A stretch of 64,000 bases of DNA from Candidatus Collierbacteria bacterium (GCA_016219325.1 JACRNH010000014.1:132-64131); one strand, 5' to 3'. Shown: positions 37,405-47,467, counted from the first letter of the stretch. Notes: generated from the sequence alone by a model not told the origin. Numbers and translations are program-made.

Positions 37405-38157
37405 ATGAGTTTTGAACCCATAAGCATAAAGATTGATGACTTAAAACTATTTGCAGACGTAGCTTTTGCAATTGATAGTCCATTTTTCATCAACGAAGCT
37501 GTCAAACTCAGAAAACAATACGGTATCACTGAACCCCTTGGGGGGAGTTCTTATCAAACTTGGGCTGTCGAACACTTAAGCGAGAAGGGTATTAAAATTC
37601 TCTTTAAACAAGTATCTGAAATTCGAGCCCGCATGATACTGACCGCTAATTATCAAGAAGTTTTCGAAAAAGCTGTTTTTGGTTGTGATATTGAAAATGG
37701 AGATTACGAAACAACTATGCTTATCAACTTTCAAAAACTACCCAACTATTTGAGCTATAAGCTACCAATATCTGAAATGTATGCAATTCTTCTTTCACCC
37801 CAAACAAGATATGACGATGTTAAAAACACATTTGCCAGATATGAAAAGCTCATGGCTTCGTTTAGAGAAAAAATAGATACCGTTAACTTGTTTGATAATT
37901 ATAATCAAAGTAAAAGCAACATCAAAACTGTTAGGAAATGGTACTGGATTAGGTACGGGGATGTAGTTTCGAATCGGTCGGAAAAACCAAAAACCTACCC
38001 TGAAATATTAAAGGAGTGGGGGCGTAAATGTCCAAAATGTGAAGAGGGTCATGCGACTGCTGGAGAAAATGCAAGATGCCCCTATTGTCGTATTACAGAC
38101 CAAAATATCCTAGAAAAACTTGTTCCCGAGTATAGAAAAAGGTTAAGACAGCCCTGA
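37405..38157 (+). CDS. Hypothetical protein with a C-terminal Cys4 zinc ribbon
   Basis: CPKCEEGH...CPYCRI motif. Confidence 0.45.
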   Translation: MSFEPISIKIDDLKLFADVAFAIDSPFFINEAVKLRKQYGITEPLGGSSYQTWAVEHLSEKGIKILFKQVSEIRARMILTANYQEVFEKAVFGCDIENGDYETTMLINFQKLPNYLSYKLPISEMYAILLSPQTRYDDVKNTFARYEKLMASFREKIDTVNLFDNYNQSKSNIKTVRKWYWIRYGDVVSNRSEKPKTYPEILKEWGRKCPKCEEGHATAGENARCPYCRITDQNILEKLVPEYRKRLRQP

Positions 38158-38379
38158 CGGTTTTCCTCATCAAATCTTCCGTGACTCTCTTTCTTTAATT
38201 TGTAACCATATGGTTAGACAGATAATTTTGTCTGACTGATATGGGTAATCAAAAAATTAATCAATCTAAAAAGGAAGGCGAGCCTACGCTTGAGGGCATC
38301 GTGGAAGCGTGGGTTAAGTTGTGCCTTTTCCATATCAAAAAAACCAAAGAATTGGTTAATCAATATAAAGATAAAAAAT

Positions 38380-38655
38380 ATGAAAGCAAAACAATATAAC
38401 AAACCAGTATTTTCGACAGACAACTTTGCTTTGGCGGTTTTCCTTAAAACCAAATCGTGCAGGTACCTGCACATTTCAAAAGACAATCCTCGACACGCAA
38501 CATTCCATTTTGAAGATAGCTCCGAAAGAGAAAGGCTAACCGCTGGGTTTTGGCAAGGTACAGCGTTAGTCGAACCCCGTGCTTTTTATAACAACCAGAG
38601 AGAGTTTAAGACATTACTTTACGACAGCAGCTATCCAACCAAAATGACAACCTAA
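38380..38655 (+). CDS. DUF5659-like small protein (phage-associated)
   Basis: Start is probably ATG 38380 (MKAKQYNKPVFSTDNFALAVFLKT...). The ORF track starts at 38290. Confidence 0.4.
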   Translation: MKAKQYNKPVFSTDNFALAVFLKTKSCRYLHISKDNPRHATFHFEDSSERERLTAGFWQGTALVEPRAFYNNQREFKTLLYDSSYPTKMTT

Positions 38656-38683
38656 CTTACTTTGAAAATTTATCAAAATAAAT

Positions 38684-39088
38684 ATGACTGAATTACTAGA
38701 GTTAGCAACCATAAAAATAGATTTAAAAATGCAGGGTAATTTTTTAGCTAAAGTAACACTAAATTGGCGAGATGAGTTTGAAGTACGTTTTTTTCGAATT
38801 CTTCGCTCAAGCACGGGTAAGGCGTGGCTTCAGCCACCCTGCCTGGAAAAATTTGGGTGGGCGAAATGTTTTGGCGTACTTGATCGTGATAACTGGAAAG
38901 AGTTTATGAGCAGGGTAATCGTTCAATTCAAAGAAGAATTAAAGGAAAAGGTTAAAGAAGGCACCTATTCGCCAGCGGTTTTAAGGAAGATAGAAGAAGC
39001 AGAAGACGAAAGCATCGATCTCAATGATATTCCCGATGATCTGGGAGGGGTAAATATTAAACCTATACGCACTTATGAGAACAAATAG
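38684..39088 (+). CDS. Hypothetical protein
   Basis: 134-aa ORF within the element, with an acidic C-terminus. Confidence 0.4.
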   Translation: MTELLELATIKIDLKMQGNFLAKVTLNWRDEFEVRFFRILRSSTGKAWLQPPCLEKFGWAKCFGVLDRDNWKEFMSRVIVQFKEELKEKVKEGTYSPAVLRKIEEAEDESIDLNDIPDDLGGVNIKPIRTYENK

Positions 39089-39178
39089 TAACTATATAGT
39101 TACAAGTGACTATATGTAACTATAAAAGAGGATGGATAACGAAAGGATTGTGCATTGATTGTGCATTGATTGTGCATC
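39088..39178. promoter_or_regulatory. Repeat-rich region upstream of serine recombinase 1
   Basis: Perfect 16-bp palindrome GTAACTATATAGTTAC at 39088-39103, an extra GTAACTATA copy at 39116-39124, and three 11-bp tandem repeats GATTGTGCATT at 39146-39178. Confidence 0.5.
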
Positions 39179-39260
39179 AAAAACTGAATAGAAACACAAT
39201 TTGCTTAATTAAATATAATTAGTTATAATTAAGTTTAATTAACTAATTTTAAGAAACAAA

Positions 39261-40850
39261 ATGAAAAATTGTTTCATCTATATAAGGGTTTCGACCGATA
39301 CGCAGGCAACTGAGGGTTACTCTTTGGACAACCAAAAAAGAGCTTGCAAAGAGTACGCAGTAAACAAGGAGTATCACCCAAAAGAGGTATTTGTTGACGA
39401 TGGAAAATCTGGGAGAACCGCCAATAGGCCTGAATTTCAGGAAATGTTGAAGAAATTGAAGGATAAACAGGCAGAGTGTGTCATCATCTACAAAATTGAC
39501 CGTTTTGCCCGTAATGTAACTGATTTTTCAAGGGTGAGAAAAGAATTCATTGAGGCGGGCATTGATTTTCTTTCAGTTATGGAGGGCGACCTAACCAATG
39601 GATCAAGCCTTATCTCGAACATCTTCGCCTCGGTCGCAGAATGGGAATCGGAAGTTAATAGTACCAGAACAATAGATGCTCTGGAACAAAAATTTCGAGG
39701 CGGTTGGCAGCCCACCCCACCGCCGATAGGTTATATGACAGTCGGAGAAAAGAATGAGAGAAAATCGTGCGAGCCAGACCCCTATACCGCTCCCATAATC
39801 AAAGAATTGTTTGAGCTCTACGCAACTGGCAACTACTCCCTATTGGAACTACAAGACTGGTTAAGTCAAAAAGATATTGTTTCAAAAAGCGGGACCATCA
39901 TTGGTCACTCAGTAATCAACAACATCTTGAGGAACCCTTTCTACTACGGTCTTATCCGTTGGCACGGAGTGTCAAAAATAGGTAAGCAGAAACCTATCCT
40001 CAAAAAGGATCTCTTTGACACCTGCCAATATGTTCTAGCTAAGCATCGAAGTTTTTTAATCAGGAAAAGGAAACACGATTTTCTGTTGCGGGGTTTTATA
40101 TTCTGTGACAATTGCGAACAACGATATACCGCCGAGTGGCATTATGATGCCCACAAGCTAAAAAACAGAGGTGGCAAAATTGGCTATTACCACTGTCAGA
40201 AAAGGGATAGGAATGGTTGTTCCGCTCCATATGTGGAAATTGAAGATTTACAGAAGCAAGTTGAAGATCAATTTAAGAAAATGCAGTTCTCGCAAAAGTT
40301 TATCGAGATGGTAGTCGTTAAGACTAAAGAGGCAATGACTGAAGGACGAAGTTATCTTAATAATCAACGAATGCAATTAGTGAACCGTAAGACATCGCTT
40401 GAAACAAAGCGAAACAAGCTTGAAGATTCGCTTCTTAACGAAGCTGTTGATAAAGATACCTACAAGAGGCTCCACGTCAAGATCCAAGACAAAATATACG
40501 CAATTAATGACAGGATTGAAGAACTTGAAGATAAGGCTAATATCGATACCAATCTAATTGAGGAAGTGCTGTCCTTTACAAGGGATATTTACAATACATA
40601 CAAGCAGTCACCCGCATTTCTTAAACGCCACTATTTACGGTTCTTCTTTGAGAAGCTGTATGTCAATAATTGTAAGATTTCTAAAATTGAACCGACCCCG
40701 ATTTTCGCGATACTACGGGAAAATCAAGAGGTTATAATAACGGATAATCAGCTCAAGAAATGGAATGAGTTTAGGACTCTAAGCCTTCTGGGTGAAGAAA
40801 TAGAATATTCAGAAATCATCATGGAACAAACAAGGGAGTTGCTTTCCTGA
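39261..40850 (+). CDS. Large serine recombinase (resolvase/invertase catalytic domain plus recombinase and zinc-ribbon domains)
   Basis: YIRVSTDTQ catalytic Ser motif with the conserved DRFAR motif, a Cys cluster (CDNCEQRY...CQKRD..GC) and a coiled-coil C-terminus. Confidence 0.9.
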   Translation: MKNCFIYIRVSTDTQATEGYSLDNQKRACKEYAVNKEYHPKEVFVDDGKSGRTANRPEFQEMLKKLKDKQAECVIIYKIDRFARNVTDFSRVRKEFIEAGIDFLSVMEGDLTNGSSLISNIFASVAEWESEVNSTRTIDALEQKFRGGWQPTPPPIGYMTVGEKNERKSCEPDPYTAPIIKELFELYATGNYSLLELQDWLSQKDIVSKSGTIIGHSVINNILRNPFYYGLIRWHGVSKIGKQKPILKKDLFDTCQYVLAKHRSFLIRKRKHDFLLRGFIFCDNCEQRYTAEWHYDAHKLKNRGGKIGYYHCQKRDRNGCSAPYVEIEDLQKQVEDQFKKMQFSQKFIEMVVVKTKEAMTEGRSYLNNQRMQLVNRKTSLETKRNKLEDSLLNEAVDKDTYKRLHVKIQDKIYAINDRIEELEDKANIDTNLIEEVLSFTRDIYNTYKQSPAFLKRHYLRFFFEKLYVNNCKISKIEPTPIFAILRENQEVIITDNQLKKWNEFRTLSLLGEEIEYSEIIMEQTRELLS

Positions 40851-40853
40851 TGA

Positions 40854-41600
40854 TTATTTAGAAACTTCTATAAAGCAATTTGTATCTAACTTACATCTAT
40901 ATCGGATTTCCATTTTTAGTATCTGATTGGGCAATTTGGTTGTAGAAACGAATCCTCCAATAAAATATTGACGTTTTTTATTTGTCTTATAAGAAAGGTC
41001 TTTGTCTAGAAATTCTTCAGTAATATTTACTTCTTTTTTCTTTGGTTCTAATGGAAATGGCAACTGTCCTAATGGTAATTTGGTCATGTCATATAAAAAT
41101 TCTGAAGCAGAGCTAGAAACTAGACTTTCAGAATTTACTAGGTGTCCCTGTTTGCTATGGCCATTAACAATGAAAAAATAAACAGACTCATTTTTGACAT
41201 CTATGGCACCCGTCTTTATATAAAGATATGCTTCAGACAGATCCCCTTGGATATTGATTTCTACGCTATTTCGCTCTAAATAATCTCTTAATCAGTCGGG
41301 GTTTGTAATAAAAGCTGGAGTCATCAACGGTTTGTCTTCGCTAGAGATTGTTGCGACCTTAAATCGTGATGTCTGGATTAAGAGGTCTACTTGTTCTCCC
41401 TTTTTCTTCTCTATACCTTCTGTCGTAACATCGGGGACCACCACCCCTTCTTCTTTTTCTTTAGGAGTAATCCTGGAGATCGCAACAGGAAAAATCGTTG
41501 TAAATACCGATGCCAAAAATACGAGAAGAATACCCGTTAGAATTAGATCCCATTGGATTTTGCCATTTCCGCTAACTTGATTTACTGTCATTTTCAACAA
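40854..41600 (-). pseudogene. Membrane-anchored protein gene interrupted by a single in-frame TGA
   Basis: ORFs 41292-41600 and 40854-41087 are in the same frame. The 204 nt between them has no stop codons, and the only interruption is the TGA at 41292-41294. Confidence 0.4.
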
Positions 41601-41949
41601 TTGATTTTATCTTAGCAGGACTTAATATTAGCAGAAATAATGAAATGTATCCATAAGTTAATGTCCATGCGGATAATGATTCCTTATTGAGGTATGGGAA
41701 TAGTCTCCTATAAAATAAGACGCCGATAACCCCAAAAGCTACTTCCGGCATTCCCTGTCTGTATATATTGCCAACAGTGTTTCAATAATTAACTTCAATG
41801 AAGTCCGTAAACCTAGCTCCGATAAGAAACAATATAAATCCTGAAAAGATTACTATATAGAGCTGAGAGTAAGACACAAAAGCTTTTGGGTTTCCCCAAA
41901 GTGAAGCTTTTCCGATAGCTCTTATAAAATTAGTCTTCATCAAGTTTAA

Positions 41950-42528
41950 TTATTCTTCCTTTATTTCGTCTAATTTTTCTCCAATTTCGTAGATAAAATA
42001 TAATAGTGCTTCAATGAATTTTAGAATTCCTGTCGCCTCTTCTTGTTCTCCAATTTTAATTTCATGGTTTTTCTCGTTCCCTATATTTTTCAAGTATTCT
42101 AACAATCTCCCTGCATTAGGTGGAATGTAGTTGGACGAGGCAAGATGTTTTATGTAATCTTTGAATGACTCTCCTTCTTTTGCTTGAGCAACATCAACAG
42201 CAATATGCATGATTAGTTTACGACCGAGCAATATAGCTGCTGTGTAACAATCGTTTTTCATTGACTCTCTTATTTCGTAATAAATCCTTTCTATGCCTAT
42301 TGGTAAATTTAGAATCGTTTTTCCCAGCATCGGACCAGGATACTGCATCTGGCTATAGAAGAAAGTAGGCCTTCCACAGTTGGTACAAATATAAATCCTG
42401 GCGCTGAAATTTTTATGAAAATATCCTTTATCTGATCCAACTTTATCCCCACAGAATCCGCAGACATAACTTTGAGGATTTAACTGCAAAAGCCCCTGCC
42501 AATCTGGCCAGCCGATATTGAACTCCAT
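41950..42528 (-). CDS. DUF4145-like protein with an N-terminal Cys4 zinc finger
   Basis: CGFCGDKV...CTNCGRP, then a helical C-terminal domain. Confidence 0.45.
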   Translation of the reverse strand: MEFNIGWPDWQGLLQLNPQSYVCGFCGDKVGSDKGYFHKNFSARIYICTNCGRPTFFYSQMQYPGPMLGKTILNLPIGIERIYYEIRESMKNDCYTAAILLGRKLIMHIAVDVAQAKEGESFKDYIKHLASSNYIPPNAGRLLEYLKNIGNEKNHEIKIGEQEEATGILKFIEALLYFIYEIGEKLDEIKEE

Positions 42529-42601
42529 AACTTGGCTATTATCTCACAAATTCTGATAATCTCATCACTGTAATTTTCAATTTTTGTGGTCTAAACTAAG
42601 G

Positions 42602-42835
42602 TTACAGAAAATCTCGTAGTTTTACTTTCAATACTTTTGCTATTTTATAGAGGCCGCGTAACGAAATATTGCTTTCACCCCTCTCAATCCGTCCGTAGGT
42701 GGTCCAGTGGATACCAAGTCTATCAGCAATTTCCTCTTGGGTTAGGCCTTTTACTTTTCTAACCCTTTTCATCCTTCTGCCAACTAGATTGGAAATTTTA
42801 TAGCGCTTCATGCTATCTTTGAACATAGACAGCAT
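42602..42835 (-). CDS. XRE-family HTH transcriptional regulator
   Basis: LTQEEIADRLGIHWTTYGRIERGESNISLRGLYKIAKVL. Confidence 0.7.
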   Translation of the reverse strand: MLSMFKDSMKRYKISNLVGRRMKRVRKVKGLTQEEIADRLGIHWTTYGRIERGESNISLRGLYKIAKVLKVKLRDFL

Positions 42836-42917
42836 TTTGCAATTACTCCATAGCGTCTGACGCTTTATTTGGCTTGACTTTAGATTGAAAATTTGTTAGT
42901 CTCCTCTCCGAGATGAT

Positions 42918-43448
42918 ATGGAACTAAAAAAATATATGAAAATCTTAAAAATTGGCTGTATTTCTTTCTTTGTAATCGCATTGATAACAGTTATTCTTTC
43001 GTTTAACTATGGGAAGTATGAAAACGAACCAAAGAGAGAAACCAAACAGACTCAAGCTGTTGACGCTCAAGTCGTAATCCCCACGACCGCCTTTCCGATT
43101 TATGAAAAACTAAGCCATGAGAAATCAGAAACTACCGAAAACTTTTCTTTTCTAGTTAAAGTTGAAGATAAATCAGCCAAGAATTTAAAGCGATTGGCAC
43201 TAGAAATCAAGAGTAAAGAATGTAAAATGTCCTGTAATATCAGCTTGTTTGATGATAGACGAGCGGCGGAACTTGACGGTGAGTACAAGAGACTGAATAC
43301 CATAGAAGAACAAAACGGTTGGAAGGAGAGAAACTATATTTATGTGGCCGATCACTTAGCAGGATTTCTGGAATTTAGTAGCGAAACATTTTCTTACTAT
43401 CCGTATAGAGACTGGTATTACGAAGAGTTGAAAGCAAAACAACAATGA
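42918..43448 (+). CDS. Membrane-anchored or secreted hypothetical protein
   Basis: N-terminal TM, 176 aa. Confidence 0.4.
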   Translation: MELKKYMKILKIGCISFFVIALITVILSFNYGKYENEPKRETKQTQAVDAQVVIPTTAFPIYEKLSHEKSETTENFSFLVKVEDKSAKNLKRLALEIKSKECKMSCNISLFDDRRAAELDGEYKRLNTIEEQNGWKERNYIYVADHLAGFLEFSSETFSYYPYRDWYYEELKAKQQ

Positions 43449-43804
43449 AAAAAAACATTATTGTAGGTATTCTGATTGCCGCTATTAGCGGAGTTATTGC
43501 TTCGCTAACCACACTGAAGATTAGCGGTGTCAAATGGCAGAAAGAACAGCAGGCAAATCTTGATTCCTCGGCGTTGCCTATTATTGCGTCGGAAGGCGGT
43601 ATTGATGATAGCCAGGAAATCTCTACTAATCTAGTTCAGACTCGGTACGTTACTGGACCAGGAAGCGACGGTTACTGGGCGTTGTATTGCCTCTATCCCA
43701 AAGACGAATTTGGATTTTCTACCCGGTGGGCGGTACTTAAGGCAAAAGGCGAAGGGTGTCCGGCAGATTACACCTCTGTTCAACTTTGGGGAAAGAAGAA
43801 TTAA
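43445..43804 (+). CDS. Secreted hypothetical protein
   Basis: Signal-like N-terminus and a 4-bp overlap with the upstream gene. Confidence 0.4.
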   Translation: MKKNIIVGILIAAISGVIASLTTLKISGVKWQKEQQANLDSSALPIIASEGGIDDSQEISTNLVQTRYVTGPGSDGYWALYCLYPKDEFGFSTRWAVLKAKGEGCPADYTSVQLWGKKN

Positions 43805-43812
43805 ACGCTTGT

Positions 43813-44259
43813 CTAAATGTTTGTTTGGCAACTTTGTATTTTTTGGTGAATAGTCCGAACTATATTCTTGAAGGAAAGCGAGTTGTCAGTAGTCGGTGTG
43901 TTATTCAGCAACAATCCATTGGCTATCTTTCGGTCAAAGCAGTTGAGCTGTGAGGCGAAAACTACTTGTAGGGCCATTAGACGATGTCTGGGGTTCAATC
44001 TTTCATTATTAGCAATTTCTGCTCCGATTCGGCTGACCCAGTTCGCTACATCTTCAAGTACTGCCATTTCTTCTGTAATAAAACGGTCTTTAAATCTGTT
44101 TAATCGCTCGCCCCTTACCTTCCTTAGGCGTTTAGCGATGAAATTCTTGTCATGATTTAAAAGTTGAGCCAGCGATCTGACTGACGCCTTAGGATTCTGC
44201 ATGAGGCATTGTTGAATTTGGGAATCTATCTCGCGGATGTAAACAGAACTTAACTTCAT
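43813..44259 (-). CDS. Hypothetical protein (possible DNA-binding)
   Basis: 148-aa ORF. The overlapping + strand ORF was rejected. Confidence 0.35.
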   Translation of the reverse strand: MKLSSVYIREIDSQIQQCLMQNPKASVRSLAQLLNHDKNFIAKRLRKVRGERLNRFKDRFITEEMAVLEDVANWVSRIGAEIANNERLNPRHRLMALQVVFASQLNCFDRKIANGLLLNNTPTTDNSLSFKNIVRTIHQKIQSCQTNI

Positions 44260-44300
44260 GTATGTTATTGTACGTTAATAATCAAAATATCTAAATCAAT

Positions 44301-44918
44301 ATGGCGTTTGATCAAATAAAAATCAAAATCTCTAATAAGCGAAGATTTGAGTCAGTATCAACTCTGGTTGATAGAACAGACTTTGAAGAATTGGTTGTTT
44401 TTTTACGGAACAAGATTGGCCTTACTAACAAACTTATTCCATATGAACACTTTGATCAATTCTATAAATCACTTGATTACCACCTTAATTCAGAAGAACT
44501 TTCAGAATATAACCAAATGATTGATGAAATGGAACTCCTAGAAAATAGGAATCAAAAAACACCTGAGGAAGCAAAAACCTACTCCATTTTACGGCAAGAA
44601 ATTAGGAGATGGCAAAATCCCAAGCATAACTTTCTTACCCGCTTAGACAAATACCTATCTGATCACAAAATTGCTTCTGGATATAAAACAGTAGTAATAA
44701 AAGCGATTGTCTGTGGGGAAATTAAAGAAAACGACTTCACACTGAGTGTGGTTTCTAAAGGACTTAGAAATATAGACCGAGATAGAAGATGGTACTGGGT
44801 AAACCGCCGATTGTCTGGGGCAAAGAGGATGGGGTACATGAAAATTGCAAAAAGGCATAAAGAATATCTAAGAACAGTTGAAAACGCCATAAAGACCTAC
44901 GCATCAAGATTAACTTAA
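44301..44918 (+). CDS. Hypothetical protein
   Basis: 205-aa ORF, basic C-terminus. Confidence 0.4.
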   Translation: MAFDQIKIKISNKRRFESVSTLVDRTDFEELVVFLRNKIGLTNKLIPYEHFDQFYKSLDYHLNSEELSEYNQMIDEMELLENRNQKTPEEAKTYSILRQEIRRWQNPKHNFLTRLDKYLSDHKIASGYKTVVIKAIVCGEIKENDFTLSVVSKGLRNIDRDRRWYWVNRRLSGAKRMGYMKIAKRHKEYLRTVENAIKTYASRLT

Positions 44919-44987
44919 CCTCTAGGGGTATCTAAAGTAAGGTTGGGAAATTTTAAAATTGTTTTTCATCGGGGAAAATAACCCCAA

Positions 44988-45239
44988 ATGGAAAATAAGA
45001 ATCATCTATATAAATCAGATTCGCTTCATTTAGCAGCATTTCTCATAGCTAAAGGGTGTGAGTTGGCAGAGGTTGAAAGACTCTCTGATGACAGTAGAAA
45101 GCTGTTATTTTGTTTTCCCGATACTAACAAGCTTCAGAATTTATTAAGTGAATTTTTCGCCCTCCGAGCTAAAGTTAGGCCTCAAGACTTTGCTAATGCC
45201 CAAAGGACATTGAAGACAATTATTTTTGCTCAAAAATAA
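44988..45239 (+). CDS. Hypothetical small protein
   Basis: 83-aa ORF. Confidence 0.3.
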   Translation: MENKNHLYKSDSLHLAAFLIAKGCELAEVERLSDDSRKLLFCFPDTNKLQNLLSEFFALRAKVRPQDFANAQRTLKTIIFAQK

Positions 45240-45799
45240 TTGGGGCGAAATGATAAATAAACAGCTAATTAAGGAACTAAAAACGATATTGAATGACGAG
45301 TTCGGGATCAATGAAAAGGATGGTGTTGTTGCTGAAGTAGCTAACTATCTCATCAATATGTTTGAAGTTCTAATTGAAGTAAAAACTGAGATAAAAACCA
45401 AGAATAACCCCGCTTTCTGTTCCGGCGCGATACTTAATGTGTGTATTGCTCAAACACTGTAGGCAAGATGAATATTGCTATCCTGGCCAAAGAACCATTG
45501 CCGATACTCTTGGTTATAGTCCTAGATACATCAGGAATCTTGTTTCAGAGCTGGAAAGCCAACATCTGGTTTCTAAAAAACGGAGAGGCTTTAATAAAAC
45601 AAATACCTATAGAGTAATCAAAGACTTGACACTTGATGGGAACTCTACTTCCCCTCACTTAAGAACTAAGTATCCGCTCAATCAAGGAAACCAGTTTCCG
45701 ACTAATATAAATTATAGAATAGGAAAAAGTAATATAAAAGGAATGAAATCTTTAAGAGAAGCATTAATCAAAATCGGGGTTAAACAAAAAATTGACTAG
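45226..45799 (+). CDS. HTH_36-type helix-turn-helix protein (phage replication/initiator-like), possibly frameshifted between ORFs 45226-45462 and 45437-45799
   Basis: The second ORF carries CYPGQRTIADTLGYSPRYIRNLVSELESQHLV. The first ends with NPAFCSGAILNVCIAQTL. They overlap out of frame. Confidence 0.4.
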
Positions 45800-45823
45800 C
45801 CGTGTTTAGCGAAAAACCAATAT

Positions 45824-47467
45824 TTGTTACTATGCGAGCCTAAGGATAAACAATATATGAAGGCTGTACTACTTTGCAGGGTATCAAGTAAGGAACAAGG
45901 AGAGTCTGGTTACTCACTTCCGGCACAGGAAAAACTCCTCAGTAGTTATACGACCGGAAAAGGCTTCAAAATAGCCAGGGTGTTTTCTATATCAGAATCA
46001 GCAAGCGGCAAGAAACAAAGGGAAGTATTTAACTCAATGATAGCCTACGTAAAAGAAAACGACATTAAGGTTATTATCATTGAGAAGGCAGATAGGTTTA
46101 CCAGAAATTTCAAGGACTCAGTTGCTTTGTATGAGTGGTTAAATGAAGATGAAGAAAGACAACTCCACTCAGTAAAAGATTCTCTTATCCTTCATAAAAA
46201 TTCACGGTCTCAGGAAAAACTAAACTGGGACATCAGAATCGTTTTTGCTAAGAACTACATAGATAACCTATCCGAAGAGGTTAAGAAGGGCCAAAAAGAG
46301 AAATTATCTCAAGGGTGGCTACCAACGAAACCACCACTGGGATATAAGACGGTCGGGGTTCAAGGCCATAAGATTCACATTATTGACGAAGAAATTGCTC
46401 CCTTGGTCAAGAAAATGTTTGAGCTATATGCTACCGGCGACTACTCTATTAAACGGTTGGTTAAAGTGATGAATGCCAATGGCCTAAGAAACAAGCTAGG
46501 AAGGAAATTAGTCGGCAGCAGAATTCATCAACTCCTGACCGATCCTTTCTATGTTGGGAAAAACCGTTGGCTAGGGAATTTATATGATGGGAAGCAGGAT
46601 ACTTTTATCAGCAGAGAAATATTTGATAGGGTCCAACAGCTTCTAAAAAGCAAATCGGCACCAAGAGTTCGTATCCATGATTTCTTATTCCGAGGCCTTT
46701 GCCGATGCGCTCGCTGTGAAGGAATGATTACATGGGAGACCCACAAAGGCATCATCTACGGCCATTGCAATATTTACTATCACCAATGTACGGCTCGCAA
46801 ATGGGCAACAGAGGCAATTGTTGAATCACAATTAACTGATGTATTTGAGAAACTACAGATCCGCAACCAGCGGCTTTTGGAATGGGTTAGAAAAGCACTT
46901 AAGGAGAGCCATCAGGATGAAGTCGTCTATAGAACATCATCTTTGAATGAGCTTAACGAGTATCAAAAACAGATTAGGCGGCGGCTGGATCGCTTGTATG
47001 ACGATAAGATTGACGGCAAGATCACGGAAGAATTTTATCAGCGAAAATATCGCCAATATTCAGATGAGCTGGATGATGCAAGCCGAAAAATCAAAGGCCA
47101 TGATGTGGCTAACCTCAAATACATGGAGTTAGGAATCAATCTTTTTGAATTATCGCAACAAGCCAAGGATATTTATCTTAATGCGGGTATTGAGCGAAAG
47201 CGAAAGCTGCTCCGCCTTTTCTTCAGCCGATTAATGCTTGATGAGAAAAAGCTAACCTATAACTTCACCAAGCCCTATGAAATTCTTTCCCAAGCCGTAG
47301 ATGTTACCAATAGTTCTAAACTGGTAAAAGTTGAAGAAAAGTCGGACAGAATTATAGAACATAAAATAATGATTGATGATTCAGAACAAATAGGTGATTT
47401 ACAACATCTTCGTTCTATCGTGCTCCCCCGGCTGGACTCGAACCAGCGACATCCTCGTTACAGGTAA
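45824..47467 (+). CDS. Large serine recombinase 2. The annotated 3' end runs antisense across the tRNA-Asn 3' exon.
   Basis: LLCRVSSKEQ catalytic Ser motif, a recombinase domain and Cys clusters. The last ~15 codons (PRLDSNQRHPRYR) are the antisense translation of the tRNA exon. Confidence 0.85.
   Translation: MLLCEPKDKQYMKAVLLCRVSSKEQGESGYSLPAQEKLLSSYTTGKGFKIARVFSISESASGKKQREVFNSMIAYVKENDIKVIIIEKADRFTRNFKDSVALYEWLNEDEERQLHSVKDSLILHKNSRSQEKLNWDIRIVFAKNYIDNLSEEVKKGQKEKLSQGWLPTKPPLGYKTVGVQGHKIHIIDEEIAPLVKKMFELYATGDYSIKRLVKVMNANGLRNKLGRKLVGSRIHQLLTDPFYVGKNRWLGNLYDGKQDTFISREIFDRVQQLLKSKSAPRVRIHDFLFRGLCRCARCEGMITWETHKGIIYGHCNIYYHQCTARKWATEAIVESQLTDVFEKLQIRNQRLLEWVRKALKESHQDEVVYRTSSLNELNEYQKQIRRRLDRLYDDKIDGKITEEFYQRKYRQYSDELDDASRKIKGHDVANLKYMELGINLFELSQQAKDIYLNAGIERKRKLLRLFFSRLMLDEKKLTYNFTKPYEILSQAVDVTNSSKLVKVEEKSDRIIEHKIMIDDSEQIGDLQHLRSIVLPRLDSNQRHPRYR

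Larger units (their letters stand above)
37108..47460. mobile_element. Putative integrated phage-like element carrying two large serine recombinases, abutting tRNA-Asn
   Basis: Excisionase-like HTH, two large serine recombinases, DUF5659, DUF4145, XRE and HTH_36 genes, and an ORF with an internal TGA. The right end adjoins the tRNA-Asn 3' exon. The left boundary was not resolved and no att duplication was found by eye. Confidence 0.4.

Noticed and set aside
38214-38486. Minus-strand 90-aa ORF overlapping the DUF5659-like gene
   Set aside because: The + strand reading gives a recognisable DUF5659-like protein with a plausible ATG at 38380. The antisense ORF has no features.
39146-39178. Three 11-bp tandem repeats (GATTGTGCATT) as a CRISPR array
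   Set aside because: The repeats are contiguous with no spacers, far too short, and sit in a recombinase promoter region. More likely a binding-site array.
40854-41600. Genome-wide UGA recoding (code 25/4) as the explanation for the in-frame TGA
   Set aside because: Many clearly complete genes in this window end at TGA, including ATGA overlaps such as 49989-49992. Standard code 11 is assumed, and the TGA is treated as a local anomaly.
45824-47467. The C-terminal ~15 residues of serine recombinase 2 as a genuine protein extension
   Set aside because: They are the antisense translation of the tRNA-Asn 3' exon. The functional protein probably ends earlier or tolerates a random tail.
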